This document shows, in pieces, positions 9,017 to 18,431 of a stretch of DNA of 64,000 nt. Every line of letters starts with the position of its first letter. Positions within the stretch are counted from its first letter, which is position 1. The notes beneath the pieces are model-generated. The model saw only the letters and a list, made by a program, of their open reading frames with translations, had not been told where the DNA came from and did not search any database. The stretch spans positions 24,244-88,243 of the forward strand of contig CASFSV010000017.1 of the NCBI GenBank assembly GCA_949297415.1. The letters are read 5' to 3'. The DNA comes from an uncultured Alphaproteobacteria bacterium (GTDB taxonomy: Bacteria > Pseudomonadota > Alphaproteobacteria > RF32 > CAG-239). Both the position numbers and the translations under genes were made by a program.

Positions 9017-9463
9017 ATGAGACAGAAGTATACAAAATACATCTTTGCTGCGATAGTAGCATTGATGATGACAAGCTGTTACTCAGTAGCCAGATTGTCT
9101 AATAACGTTGCCTGTTTAGTAGGTAATGTAAAAACAGAGGTGGTAACTGCCAGATATTCCGGATATCCGGTATGTGGCGGAGGTTTTTATATCCCACAGT
9201 ATAATTGTACTGTATGGGGTAAAAACAAAGAACACCCCTATATGTTGCAAATCGGTTCACTCATTATGACGTTGGACCGAAGGAACAACATTATAATTGA
9301 AGAAGGTAACGGTCATCGCGTGGTCGTTACCGAAAGAGCAGAGAAAAAATATAGAGTTGGGGATTATTTGGTAGAAGTTCTCAACGCAGGTTGGGAATGT
9401 GTATACATCACAAACCCTTACGGATACAGAAAGCAGTTTATACTGTTGCCGTATCAGAGATAA
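9017..9463 (+). CDS. Hypothetical lipoprotein
   Basis: Signal peptide ending MMTSC; own promoter (TTGATT..TGGTATACT) and downstream hairpin. Confidence 0.7.
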   Translation: MRQKYTKYIFAAIVALMMTSCYSVARLSNNVACLVGNVKTEVVTARYSGYPVCGGGFYIPQYNCTVWGKNKEHPYMLQIGSLIMTLDRRNNIIIEEGNGHRVVVTERAEKKYRVGDYLVEVLNAGWECVYITNPYGYRKQFILLPYQR

Positions 9464-9626
9464 ACTAACTCTATATTTGGTATAAGGAGGGGAAAAGCGC
9501 TGTTTTGCTTCTCCTTTTTTTATTTCTTTTTTTCAAAAAAAACAGCGTATTATTTTATAAATTGCTGGACAACAGGATATCTCTTTTCTACATTGGTATT
9601 AGTTGTTTATTTATTTTTATATCATT

Positions 9627-10097
9627 ATGGAAAAAGTTATTAGTCATGGAGGTGTTTTGACGATAGTTTGGGCTCTCCTTAGCATTCTGTTAACCGGGTG
9701 CTCTTTGTTTATTGGAAACAGTTTTAGTAAATCTATCTATTCCTCTTGGAAGGAATTTTATCACGATGGTGAGAAGTATTTAATTAGTCCGCATGGTTCT
9801 AATGAGTTCTTCTTAAGAGATTATGATACCTTTTTGTGGGGAGATGTTGATAATCCCAGATGCTTAGCCATTGGGAGGTTGTTCTTTAAATATAAAGGTT
9901 TTCCTTATTTTTCCGTGTATCGCAAAGGTCATGATTCTTTGTTTGATGTTCGCAGAAATTTTGAAAACAGTTATATGGAAGATGGATATAAAGTTTTACT
10001 CAAAATCCATTATGCAGAATATCGGAAAGCTTTTATTACCGTCACTAATCCAAAAGGCAAATCAAAAATCTTTGAAATGTTGTTGGAGGGGAAATGA
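9627..10097 (+). CDS. Hypothetical lipoprotein, divergent paralog of 9017..9463
   Basis: Lipobox LLTGC; shared L(Q/A)IG(S/R)L and (I/V)TNPxG motifs. Confidence 0.65.
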   Translation: MEKVISHGGVLTIVWALLSILLTGCSLFIGNSFSKSIYSSWKEFYHDGEKYLISPHGSNEFFLRDYDTFLWGDVDNPRCLAIGRLFFKYKGFPYFSVYRKGHDSLFDVRRNFENSYMEDGYKVLLKIHYAEYRKAFITVTNPKGKSKIFEMLLEGK

Positions 10098-10160
10098 ACT
10101 CTCTCTCTGATGACTAAATCTACATTCTCTGTTGCCTTTCAACAGATGATGGTCAAAATT

Positions 10161-10188
10161 AAAGAGGAGCTTTTGTGCTCCTCTTTTT
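10161..10188. terminator. Bidirectional intrinsic terminator
   Basis: AAAGAGGAGC-TTTTGT-GCTCCTCTTT between convergent genes. Confidence 0.8.
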
Positions 10189-10190
10189 GC

Positions 10191-11330
10191 TTAGAGATTA
10201 TTCAATTTACAATAGCCTTTTTTATTTAAAATCTTATATAAATTTAAACTAGCTTTTTCTGCTCCAACAGATGGCTTTTGGCGGGAGGATGTATCCAAAA
10301 CTTTTTGGTATGGAGATATTAAATCTGCGATTTCACTGTCCGAAAAAACACAAACCGTTTCATATTCTTCATAATAATCCGGACGCGAAACTTCTTCCCT
10401 ATATTTCAGAACACAATTATGGTCTTGATTGTAAGATTGGGTTTGTTTGGTCATTTGAATTGCATTTATCATTTGGGTATTGGTCGGTGATGTGTATTCT
10501 TCTTCGTTAAAGCATGATTCTAACGCAAATAATGTGTATCGTAACTCAGGGGAGGGAACATATTGGGCAATTTGCGGATCTGTTGCAAATACACTCAGTT
10601 GATCATAATTGGTTAGCTTATATATTTCTGTCATCGGAATATGATATATAAAAGCAGAACTGTCTATAACGCAACTATTGGCTTCTTTGCCGATAATTTT
10701 TATGGGCTTGGTTAAATATGGGGTTCTTATATATTCTTGTGCCGGAGTGCAAGTTTGGAGCTTCTTTTGAAAGTTGTCCGAAAAAGTCAATATATATTCA
10801 GCAAATTGTTTTTGATCTTTTTCGTTCGGTTCTTCATATTTTGCTTCACAAGCATTTTGCTTTAATTTTTCTATGGTGATGTTTATTAAACTGTCTGTCA
10901 TGGTTTTTAGGGTAGGCTCGCGGTAAATATTGCCGTTTTCGTCTTCATACTCTTCTAATACGGTAAAAGTTGAAGTTATTGGTTCGGATGAACGTGTCAT
11001 TATCGCATTATACAATTCACCTCTTTGGGAACGATTGAGTTTACATTTGTAGGTGGTCTTGCCCATGTTTTGCGTTTTGTGCGTAATTGTTGCATGGCAG
11101 AGATTATCTGCTTGTATTCCGTTTATGCGAATATTGATACGCTGACATGTTGCATCCATATCGGCTAAGTCCGGATTGATTTTGGTGAATTCTTCGTTAT
11201 ATTTGTAACAGTTACGAATCGAATTTATTAAGCTGTTACTAAAATGGTATTGTAAAGTGGTGTCTGTTTCTGCGTACGCATTTATTTCCATGCTTCCTAA
11301 TAACAAAGCGGCTATGATGTATTTTTTCAT
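10191..11330 (-). CDS. Secreted hypothetical protein with internal Cys-containing repeats
   Basis: Sec signal MKKYIIAALLLG..AYA; GGAG RBS; repeated FS(N/D)xxxxxIxxC modules. Confidence 0.8.
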   Translation of the reverse strand: MKKYIIAALLLGSMEINAYAETDTTLQYHFSNSLINSIRNCYKYNEEFTKINPDLADMDATCQRINIRINGIQADNLCHATITHKTQNMGKTTYKCKLNRSQRGELYNAIMTRSSEPITSTFTVLEEYEDENGNIYREPTLKTMTDSLINITIEKLKQNACEAKYEEPNEKDQKQFAEYILTFSDNFQKKLQTCTPAQEYIRTPYLTKPIKIIGKEANSCVIDSSAFIYHIPMTEIYKLTNYDQLSVFATDPQIAQYVPSPELRYTLFALESCFNEEEYTSPTNTQMINAIQMTKQTQSYNQDHNCVLKYREEVSRPDYYEEYETVCVFSDSEIADLISPYQKVLDTSSRQKPSVGAEKASLNLYKILNKKGYCKLNNL

Positions 11331-11413
11331 TGATGCTCCTCTCTTTCAGGTTTACTCTAAATCTCGTTTTTTAATATGTGCTTAAAAAAAATTTTTTTTA
11401 TTTAGCCGAAAGT

Positions 11414-11441
11414 CTTGATTTTCGTTTTTCACTTCCTACTT
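11414..11441 (+). promoter_or_regulatory. Putative RpoH (sigma32) promoter of hsp20
   Basis: CTTGAT-N15-CCTACTT resembles the alphaproteobacterial CTTG-N17-CCTATAT consensus. Confidence 0.55.
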
Positions 11442-11515
11442 CTTTTATAGAACGTGATGCGAACACACTGATAAACAGTGAGATGAACGCAAAATTGAAA
11501 TTGGAGGATAAAATA

Positions 11516-11998
11516 ATGTCAGATTATATGATTAAACGTCAAGATAACAACCATAGTAACATCGCTTCCCGTTATGGTTACCGTAAGGATTTTAACGATA
11601 TGGTTAACAGCTTCTTTAATAATTGGTTGGATTTTCCGTATGAAAATAACGCTGTTAAAGCGATTGAACCAAAACTTGAAATTTCTGAAGATGAAAATGA
11701 AGTTAAAGTTGCTGCAGAACTTCCGGGAATGAACGAAAATGATGTAGATTTGGAAATTTCTGCCGACGGATATTTGACTATTTCAGGCGAAAAGAAACAA
11801 GAACACAAAGAACATGCCAAAGGCAGCTATTTCTCGGAATTTTCTTACGGTTCTTTCAAACGTACTATTGCTCTTCCTTGGGATATGCGCTTTGATGATG
11901 CTAAGGCTGAATTTAATAACGGCGTGTTGACCGTTATTATTCCTAAGTCTTTGGATGAAAAAGATAAAAAACGCAAAATCGAAATTACTAAGAAATAA
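11516..11998 (+). CDS. Small heat shock protein, Hsp20/alpha-crystallin family
   Basis: AELPG..LTISGEK..SYGSFKRTIALP..AEFNNGVLTVIIPK; GGAGG RBS before ATG 11516. Confidence 0.95.
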   Translation: MSDYMIKRQDNNHSNIASRYGYRKDFNDMVNSFFNNWLDFPYENNAVKAIEPKLEISEDENEVKVAAELPGMNENDVDLEISADGYLTISGEKKQEHKEHAKGSYFSEFSYGSFKRTIALPWDMRFDDAKAEFNNGVLTVIIPKSLDEKDKKRKIEITKK

Positions 11999-12016
11999 GG
12001 ATTAAACCTTTAACTT

Positions 12017-12056
12017 CAACGCCTTGTCGCTCTGTGCGGCAGGGCGTTTTTTTTTA
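12017..12056 (+). terminator. Intrinsic terminator after hsp20
   Basis: AACGCCTTGTCGC-TCTGT-GCGGCAGGGCGTT plus long T-run. Confidence 0.85.
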
Positions 12057-12137
12057 TTTTATCGGTTGACACGGTGGTGAAAAAGTGGTACTTTCTTTTT
12101 GTTAAATTATATTTATGAACTTTAAAATTTTTGTATC

Positions 12138-12590
12138 ATGAATGATTTATTATTTTTTGCAGCTTGTCTATTGACGGCTGTCGGTGTGTGTGCTTGCATT
12201 ATTTTTTTCGTCTTAAGTTCGGTTACTAATCATCGTATTTTGCTCAAGATGCTAAATCATGAACGGGTTGATTTGGATATAGATGATAAAAAATATGAGC
12301 GAATGAAGTATTTGACACCTTTTGATGGAGTGGACAGATATTTGATAAAAATTGGTGCACGCCGATTAAATGATGCCGAAAAATTTTTAAAAAAAATGGG
12401 TGTTTGGTGTCTATGGATAGGGCTCATGTTGTGGTCGTTTAATTGTTATTCTGTTTCCGATTGGTGGGGCTATCCGTTGGTTGCTTTTATGGCTTTTGTG
12501 ATGAAGTATGCCTTATCATTGGTTCTATTCTGCATCATGTCTGCAATTACCAGCAAATTGGGGCTAAGAGCTTGTAAGAAATATGACTAG
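12138..12590 (+). CDS. Hypothetical membrane protein, tandem paralog 1 of 3
   Basis: xxLLF(F/W/Y)A N-terminus and three hydrophobic segments; own promoter TTGACA(12066)-N17-TACTTT and terminator 12619-12647. Confidence 0.8.
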   Translation: MNDLLFFAACLLTAVGVCACIIFFVLSSVTNHRILLKMLNHERVDLDIDDKKYERMKYLTPFDGVDRYLIKIGARRLNDAEKFLKKMGVWCLWIGLMLWSFNCYSVSDWWGYPLVAFMAFVMKYALSLVLFCIMSAITSKLGLRACKKYD

Positions 12591-12721
12591 CAATAAACTT
12601 AATATCTTAGAGAATTTTAAAAAGGAGCTTTGTTGCTCCTTTTTTTATGCTTGACGAGGTATTTAAAATGTGATATATTTGTTTCCGTTTTAATATATTT
12701 ATGAACTTTAATCTATATCTT

Positions 12722-13177
12722 ATGCTAAATTTATTATTTTGGGCTGGGTTGATGTTCTTGGGACTCAGCGTGGTGTTGTTTTATATTCATGAAGTTCTGC
12801 GGAGAAAAAAAGATTTGGATATCTTTATGCTTTTGATGAAGGATAGAAATTATCCGTTAAACCTTAAAGATAAAGATATTATGTCTCAGGTACCGGTAGA
12901 TCTTGATGATTTTAACTATTGTTGGCTTTCTATCGTTTTTCGGAGGTTGACGGTTAAAGAAGAAAACTTAGCAAACCATGCAAAATGGATGGGGCGTTGC
13001 GGAGGTTTGGCAGTGTTCTTGTCTTTTTCCGCTTTGCCGGCGTTGTTGACTTTTTTGTTGGCGATTGTTTTTGCCAATAGTTTTGTCGGTGTTTATCGAC
13101 GCTTGATTTCTATTATCTTTGAGGTCAGAACATTTAAAAAAGCGTGGCGTTTGTATAAAGCGCAACAGAATGATTAA
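12722..13177 (+). CDS. Hypothetical membrane protein, tandem paralog 2 of 3
   Basis: Shares DxNYP, CW, GGxAxFLSFS and VYRxLI with paralog 3; promoter TTGACG(12651)-N17-TATATT; terminator 13197-13221. Confidence 0.8.
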   Translation: MLNLLFWAGLMFLGLSVVLFYIHEVLRRKKDLDIFMLLMKDRNYPLNLKDKDIMSQVPVDLDDFNYCWLSIVFRRLTVKEENLANHAKWMGRCGGLAVFLSFSALPALLTFLLAIVFANSFVGVYRRLISIIFEVRTFKKAWRLYKAQQND

Positions 13178-13297
13178 TCTCTTAAACGTTTTTTATGGAG
13201 TGCTTGGCACTCCTTTTTTTTGTGATTGACGGAAACGATTATTTATGCTAAATTGCTCATAGTTTGAATATTTTTATGAACTCTAAATGTTTTGGGT

Positions 13298-13759
13298 ATG
13301 GAAAATTTATTATTTTACGCGGCGCTTTTGCTGCTGACATGCAGTGTTATTTCCTGCATTGTTTACAATGTTGTATGTTGGTCTCAAAATCTGAAACTCT
13401 TTGAAAACTTGCTCTTTGATGAAAATTATCCGTTTGAAGTTACTAATTCTGATGAACTTGCTAAAACGGCGGAAATTAAAGATTTTTGCAGCAGATGTTG
13501 GGCTAAAACCTCATTTCGCTCTAAAACTGAAGGTGAGAAAAAATTGGAGAATCTTATTACCGGAAATGGGCTTTTCGGCGGAATAGCATTATTCCTTTCG
13601 TTCTCTTTAGTGCCGGTGATTTGGGGCGTAATCGCAGGTTTTGTGTTGGCGGTTCTGTTACAATATGTTTACAGAAATCTCATATTCTTTATTGCTCATA
13701 TTTTTGCTTGGCGGAAAGCTCGCAAAATTTATTGGCAATATCGGCGAGGGGAACTTTAG
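13298..13759 (+). CDS. Hypothetical membrane protein, tandem paralog 3 of 3
   Basis: Promoter TTGACG(13226)-N17-TAAATT; terminator 13776-13806; aligns with paralogs 1 and 2. Confidence 0.8.
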   Translation: MENLLFYAALLLLTCSVISCIVYNVVCWSQNLKLFENLLFDENYPFEVTNSDELAKTAEIKDFCSRCWAKTSFRSKTEGEKKLENLITGNGLFGGIALFLSFSLVPVIWGVIAGFVLAVLLQYVYRNLIFFIAHIFAWRKARKIYWQYRRGEL

Positions 13760-13810
13760 ACACAAAATGTTGGGTGAGGGGGTGCTTAATTGGCACTCCT
13801 TTTTTATGCG

Positions 13811-14290
13811 CTAACTACGAGCGATAATATCCGCAGTTGTGATTGGGACTATACTTGCTAAATCTTTTAGCGACATCTCTACCTGATAACCAATCATGCC
13901 GGCACTGAATATAATTGTCGCAAAGTCTTGTGCGGTTTGGTGTGCAACGGTCTTAAACTGCTTTTTCATACCAATCGGAGAACATCCTCCATGTACATAT
14001 CCGGTTAAAGGTAACAGCTCCTTTTGTTTCAACATCTCTACTGATTTTTCACCAACTGATGCTGCCGCTTTTTTTAAATCCAATTCCTCTGCAACAGGGA
14101 GCATAAACACATAATGTGTTCCGCTTTTTCCGGTGGTTACCAATGTCTTAAATACTTGTGAAGGATTTTCTCCCAATGCTTCAGCTACTTCTGTTCCCGA
14201 TATGGCGGAAGTGTTGGCGTAGCTATATGTCTTATAAGCTATTTTATGTTTATCCAAAATTCTCATAGCATTGGTTTTTACACTGGACAT
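13811..14290 (-). CDS. ybaK: Cys-tRNA(Pro) deacylase YbaK/EbsC
   Basis: KTNAMRILD, VFKTLV and TGYVHGGCSPIGMKK motifs. Confidence 0.95.
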   Translation of the reverse strand: MSSVKTNAMRILDKHKIAYKTYSYANTSAISGTEVAEALGENPSQVFKTLVTTGKSGTHYVFMLPVAEELDLKKAAASVGEKSVEMLKQKELLPLTGYVHGGCSPIGMKKQFKTVAHQTAQDFATIIFSAGMIGYQVEMSLKDLASIVPITTADIIARS

Positions 14291-14432
14291 GGTGGCAGAA
14301 CTCCCTTGACTTTTTTCTCGTGTCTATGTGCGTGGTATACGGCGCTCAGTTTTATTTGTAAAGTGCTTTTTTTGAACAATAAAAAAAAGACACCCTGTTG
14401 AAGGTGTCTTTTTAAAGGTTGGCGGTTTGGTT

Positions 14433-15260
14433 TTATATCCAAAACACCGGAGCAATACATGCACAGTCGTTAAAGTCTTTAGTGTAAAACTTCGCTTGTG
14501 CCTGCTCGGGATAATACAAAAAGCACAAAATTGAATTTGGGGCAACCAGATTGGACGTAAATAAAAAGTGTTTTAATATGGTTATATTTGTTCCAAATCT
14601 TTTATTACGCACTCTTTCGGATGTGCCAAAATCAAATGATTCTATTTGATTGACTAAGTCGAGAAATACCGGCTCTATCAGTCTTAATTCCTCTTGCGAG
14701 GGGAGAAAACAATCGCCTTTGCTTAAGCCGTTTTCTGCATAATTTAAGCAATGATTAAGAGCTATAATGTCAATTTGATGCTTTTTCGCGAGTTCTTGCA
14801 ATTGGAAACTATTTTGTTTACCGGATGTTCCTTGTATGTCATAGAGGGAAAACTGATTGTTTTGACTGAATGCTTGAGTACTCATGAAATCATCATATTT
14901 CCAACCATGAAAAGTAAAACAAAGTGCGCGTTTGCCAACAGGGGCTTCTTTATCAGGATTTTTCCAGCCGATGATGCCGGTGATTTCTTGATTTAGACGC
15001 TTGGGGCTGATATCACCATTAGCGTACAAATAATCCAGAGCTTTAGCTGAGACTAAATTTTGCGTGTAACGCTCAGCGATTGAAGCGTGTTGCGGTTGCG
15101 GATCTTTGATTTCTGTTACGCCTAACGGGCTGGATACTTTTACAACAGCTCGACTGGCATCTTTGCCATAACTTCCGTCCGGATAAAAATAGTACGGATA
15201 ACCGATTTGGTTTCCAATTGCATTTAATTTGCGGATAATAATTTTAATACTTTTTTCCAT
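14433..15260 (-). CDS. Hypothetical protein with degenerate DUF1566/Lcl-C-like C-terminus
   Basis: YFYPDGS; FLPSQEEL; terminal CIAPVF; own promoter and terminator (14381-14415). Confidence 0.6.
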   Translation of the reverse strand: MEKSIKIIIRKLNAIGNQIGYPYYFYPDGSYGKDASRAVVKVSSPLGVTEIKDPQPQHASIAERYTQNLVSAKALDYLYANGDISPKRLNQEITGIIGWKNPDKEAPVGKRALCFTFHGWKYDDFMSTQAFSQNNQFSLYDIQGTSGKQNSFQLQELAKKHQIDIIALNHCLNYAENGLSKGDCFLPSQEELRLIEPVFLDLVNQIESFDFGTSERVRNKRFGTNITILKHFLFTSNLVAPNSILCFLYYPEQAQAKFYTKDFNDCACIAPVFWI

Positions 15261-15431
15261 GATAATTTAATTTTAGAATAATTTTTGTGTCGAGGGGACA
15301 ATAATACAGGCTGATTTTTTCGTCAAGTCTATTTTGTTTTTTTATTTCTTAGGGGTAGGGCTTATAGCTATAAAAAAAAAGAAAGTCTTTGCCGGTGAGG
15401 GCAGAGACTTTCCGTTTGGTTTAATGCAGCG

Positions 15432-15704
15432 CTACAACAAATTGCCAAAGCGCAGATTGAAAATTTGTTTTGCTGTTTCGGTCAGGCCATGTATCCTGCG
15501 GTAAAACAGAATCATAGCAATTTTACCGAACTCAACAAATTGATTTTCAACTTCGGCATCAAAGCGATTATCGCTTATATAGCCTTTAAGAAATTCTTCG
15601 TCATTTAAACAAATCAATTCGATTTGTTCAGCTGGGTTAAGAACTCTTGACTGCGCAGCGGCAACTTCTTGGTTGCTTTGTCTGCATGAAAATACTTTTT
15701 CCAT
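15432..15704 (-). CDS. Small hypothetical helical-repeat protein
   Basis: 90-aa ORF with promoter TTGCAG-N17-TATACT and downstream hairpin/U-run (15371-15413). Confidence 0.7.
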   Translation of the reverse strand: MEKVFSCRQSNQEVAAAQSRVLNPAEQIELICLNDEEFLKGYISDNRFDAEVENQFVEFGKIAMILFYRRIHGLTETAKQIFNLRFGNLL

Positions 15705-15870
15705 ATATATATAATAAAAATTAAGTTATTGAGCTTTTAGTATAGCGCGTTTTCTTAGGCTCTGCAAGAAAAAAATACTTTCGTCGCGTTTAGGAAAACT
15801 AAATTGTTTAAATCAGGCGATTTCTCTTGCAAAAAGTACTTGCAATTTAAAATTATTTTGCTATATTTCC

Positions 15871-15940
15871 CTCTGTCCTTGCTGTAGAAAATCGTTTCTA
15901 CGGCTATACATTAATTTTGTTGAGAATCCATAAGGAGATT
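15871..15940 (+). promoter_or_regulatory. Probable S6:S18 ribosomal protein leader RNA
   Basis: TCCTT can pair with AAGGA of the SD; CCA immediately before the SD; internal hairpin GCTGTAGAAA/TTTCTACGGC; lies upstream of rpsF. Confidence 0.6.
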
Positions 15941-15947
15941 TTTTTAG

Positions 15948-16277
15948 ATGAATAAATACGAAAGTATGTTGATCGCACGTCAGGATCTCGGTCAGTCTCA
16001 AGTTAATGACATTGTTGCAACTTTGTCTGAAGCTATTAAAAAAGAAGGCGGCGAAGTTGTTAATGTTGATAACTGGGGCTTGAAAAACCTGGCTTACCGC
16101 ATTAAAAAGAACCGTAAAGGTTACTATGTTGTTTTGAATATTTCAGCTCCGGCTAACGCTATCTTTGAATTTGAACGCTTGGCTCGTTTGAACGAAGATA
16201 TTATCCGCTATATGACGGTTAAAGTTGAAGAATTTAGCAGCAAAGATGATAAAGCTGCTGATGAAGCTGCTCAATAA
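15948..16277 (+). CDS. rpsF: 30S ribosomal protein S6
   Basis: [34 protein letters not shown]. Confidence 0.97.
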   Translation: MNKYESMLIARQDLGQSQVNDIVATLSEAIKKEGGEVVNVDNWGLKNLAYRIKKNRKGYYVVLNISAPANAIFEFERLARLNEDIIRYMTVKVEEFSSKDDKAADEAAQ

Positions 16278-16291
16278 TAGGAGATGGAATA

Positions 16292-16510
16292 ATGGCTAAT
16301 AAAGCATTTTTTAAAAGAAAAAATTTTAGCGATAATTCTAATTTTGTTATTGATTATAAAGATACAAAGTTTCTTTCTCGCTATATCTCGGAAAAAGGCA
16401 AAATTATGCCTAGCCGTATCACTAACGTAACCGCAAAAACTCAAAGAGAAATCGCTCGTGCTATCAAACGCGCACGTTATGTTGCTCTCTTGCCGTATGT
16501 TGCTAACTAA
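16292..16510 (+). CDS. rpsR: 30S ribosomal protein S18
   Basis: [35 protein letters not shown]. Confidence 0.97.
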   Translation: MANKAFFKRKNFSDNSNFVIDYKDTKFLSRYISEKGKIMPSRITNVTAKTQREIARAIKRARYVALLPYVAN

Positions 16511-16522
16511 GGAGATGGAACA

Positions 16523-17059
16523 ATGGAAATCATTCTTTTGGAACATGTCGAAAAATTAGGCAAAATGGGCGATAAAGTTCATGTTAAAAACGGTTACGCT
16601 CGTAACTACTTGTTGCCTCAAAATAAAGCTTTGCGTGCTACAGAAGCTAATGTTGCTTATTTTGAAAAACAACGCGCTGAATTGGAAGCTCGCAATAAGG
16701 CTCTCTTTGATGAAGCTAATAAAAAAGCTGAGGAATTGAAAGGTTTCTCCGCTGTTGTTATTCGTCAAGCTGCTGAAACAGGGCAACTTTATGGTTCTGT
16801 TACTATTCGTGATATTGCTCAAGCTATTAATGAATCCGGTGTTGCTTTGGAACGTCGTTTCGTTTCTTTGGATAAGCCGATTAAATATTTGGGCGTTTAT
16901 CAGGTTAAATTGAGCTTGCACCCAGAAGTTTCTCAAACTATCTTGGTTAACGTTGCAAGAACAACTGACGAAGCTAAAAGACAGGAAAAAGCTTATAATA
17001 ATCAATCTACCGATGCTGCTGTTAAAGCTGAACCTCAACAGACTGCAGCTGTTAACTAA
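16523..17059 (+). CDS. rplI: 50S ribosomal protein L9
   Basis: LGKMGDKVHVKNGYARNYLLP..GQLYGSVT..LHPEV. Confidence 0.97.
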   Translation: MEIILLEHVEKLGKMGDKVHVKNGYARNYLLPQNKALRATEANVAYFEKQRAELEARNKALFDEANKKAEELKGFSAVVIRQAAETGQLYGSVTIRDIAQAINESGVALERRFVSLDKPIKYLGVYQVKLSLHPEVSQTILVNVARTTDEAKRQEKAYNNQSTDAAVKAEPQQTAAVN

Positions 17060-17105
17060 TTTCTGTATTTTGCAGAGTTGGTCTTTTAGTGGACTTGTTT
17101 GATTA

Positions 17106-17143
17106 TAAGGAGTCGCTGGTTTATTTCAGCGGCTCTTTTTTTT
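17106..17143 (+). terminator. Terminator of the rpsF-rpsR-rplI operon
   Basis: GGAGTCGCTGG-TTTAT-TCAGCGGCTCT plus T-run. Confidence 0.75.
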
Positions 17144-17370
17144 AGTTGGTTGTCGTTTGCTAACTTACTTACAGCAGAATGTTTAGCTCTTAGGTAATAA
17201 CTTTTTTTGTTATTTCTTACGCCTTATAGAACTTGTTCTAATATTTTAGTCTTTATCCTTCTATGTACATTGGAGTAGGGGATATTTATTTTTTGAATAC
17301 AAAACACCTTGACTTTTTGTCTATTTACTCTATGATGCTCGCAATTACTAATTATTAATTCTCTATAGAT

Positions 17371-18240
17371 ATGAAAAAATTTTTGATTTTTTTAGGACTG
17401 TTCTTGTTGGTTGTTTATAACTTCCGCAGTTGTGAAGATGTCGGACCACGTACTTTGGAGGCCTATGGACTTGCTCAATACAATCCCGATGGTCCGTCTT
17501 TGACTATTCATGACGATCTGGATACCATACAAAAGCCAAAAACGTATATGACGACATATGCTAAAATGGGATGGTGCGGGGAAGAAATTGATTGGAATAA
17601 GAAAATCTATGTCTATATTACGGAAGGCTATGTTTCTGTCGTATCTAACGTAAATTTAGACAGAGCTAATGCTCTGCAGTTTTTCTGCGCAAAATTGGCT
17701 TATCATAATTTTATCCGTTCCTTTACTCCTTGGGTGCTGTTTGTTCTCGGGTTTGGCGTACTGCTGTTGTTTTTGTATGGAATTCAACTTCTGGAAAAGA
17801 AAAATCCCATGGGACTTAGGATTGTTAATTCTATCTGGTGGGGCATCTTCATCGTCTTTGTCTTTAATTTCTTTCATTTGTTTGATTTTATTGCGCAAAC
17901 CAAAGAAGCTAATCCGGTTGTTGTTGCTGTTGCAAAAGAGGAGTTGTCGCTTAATCTTGATGTTGTTACCGGACAGGAATTTGAAGATGTGGCCTTGAAA
18001 ACGTTTTATGAGTGGGATGGGAATTTTATTGCTTCTTCTTCTAAACTCAGAGATACGGATGTTACTCTTATGAAATGTTCCTATCGTGCATCGTCAGAAT
18101 TGTTGGTTAGAACTATTGTTCTTCTTACGCTTATTTGTTTGGTTATTTCCGCGCGGAAACAAACTAAAAGCTTTGCCAGAAAACTATCTGAGGAAAATGA
18201 GCAAACATCAAACAATGATGATTCCGAAACTAAGCGTTAA
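17371..18240 (+). CDS. Hypothetical membrane protein (about 4 TM, apparent internal duplication)
   Basis: 289-aa ORF; own promoter; terminator AAAGCATCGGT/ACCGATGCTTT at 18260-18290. Confidence 0.75.
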   Translation: MKKFLIFLGLFLLVVYNFRSCEDVGPRTLEAYGLAQYNPDGPSLTIHDDLDTIQKPKTYMTTYAKMGWCGEEIDWNKKIYVYITEGYVSVVSNVNLDRANALQFFCAKLAYHNFIRSFTPWVLFVLGFGVLLLFLYGIQLLEKKNPMGLRIVNSIWWGIFIVFVFNFFHLFDFIAQTKEANPVVVAVAKEELSLNLDVVTGQEFEDVALKTFYEWDGNFIASSSKLRDTDVTLMKCSYRASSELLVRTIVLLTLICLVISARKQTKSFARKLSEENEQTSNNDDSETKR

Positions 18241-18431
18241 TCTTACTAAAATCTTACAGAAAGCATCGGTCTTGTACCGATGCTTTTTTGTTTGAAAAAT
18301 ACCAACGCGTTTTATATGAAGGTATCGTTTTATGGACTTTTGAAAAAAACTTTGACAGATTTCAGTTGATTTTTACGTTTTTTTGTGTCTATAGTACTGG
18401 CAATTAAAAAATTATTATATCTTAAAAAAAT

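Noticed and set aside
11450-11515. ROSE thermometer or CIRCE upstream of hsp20 (and dnaJ)
   Set aside because: Only a small CACTG/CAGTG hairpin is present. There is no U(U/C)GCU anti-SD and no TTAGCACTC-N9-GAGTGCTAA.
16292-16510. Cys-free S18 as a zinc-starvation paralog
   Set aside because: It sits in the canonical rpsF-rpsR-rplI operon, and zinc-free S18 is normal in proteobacteria.
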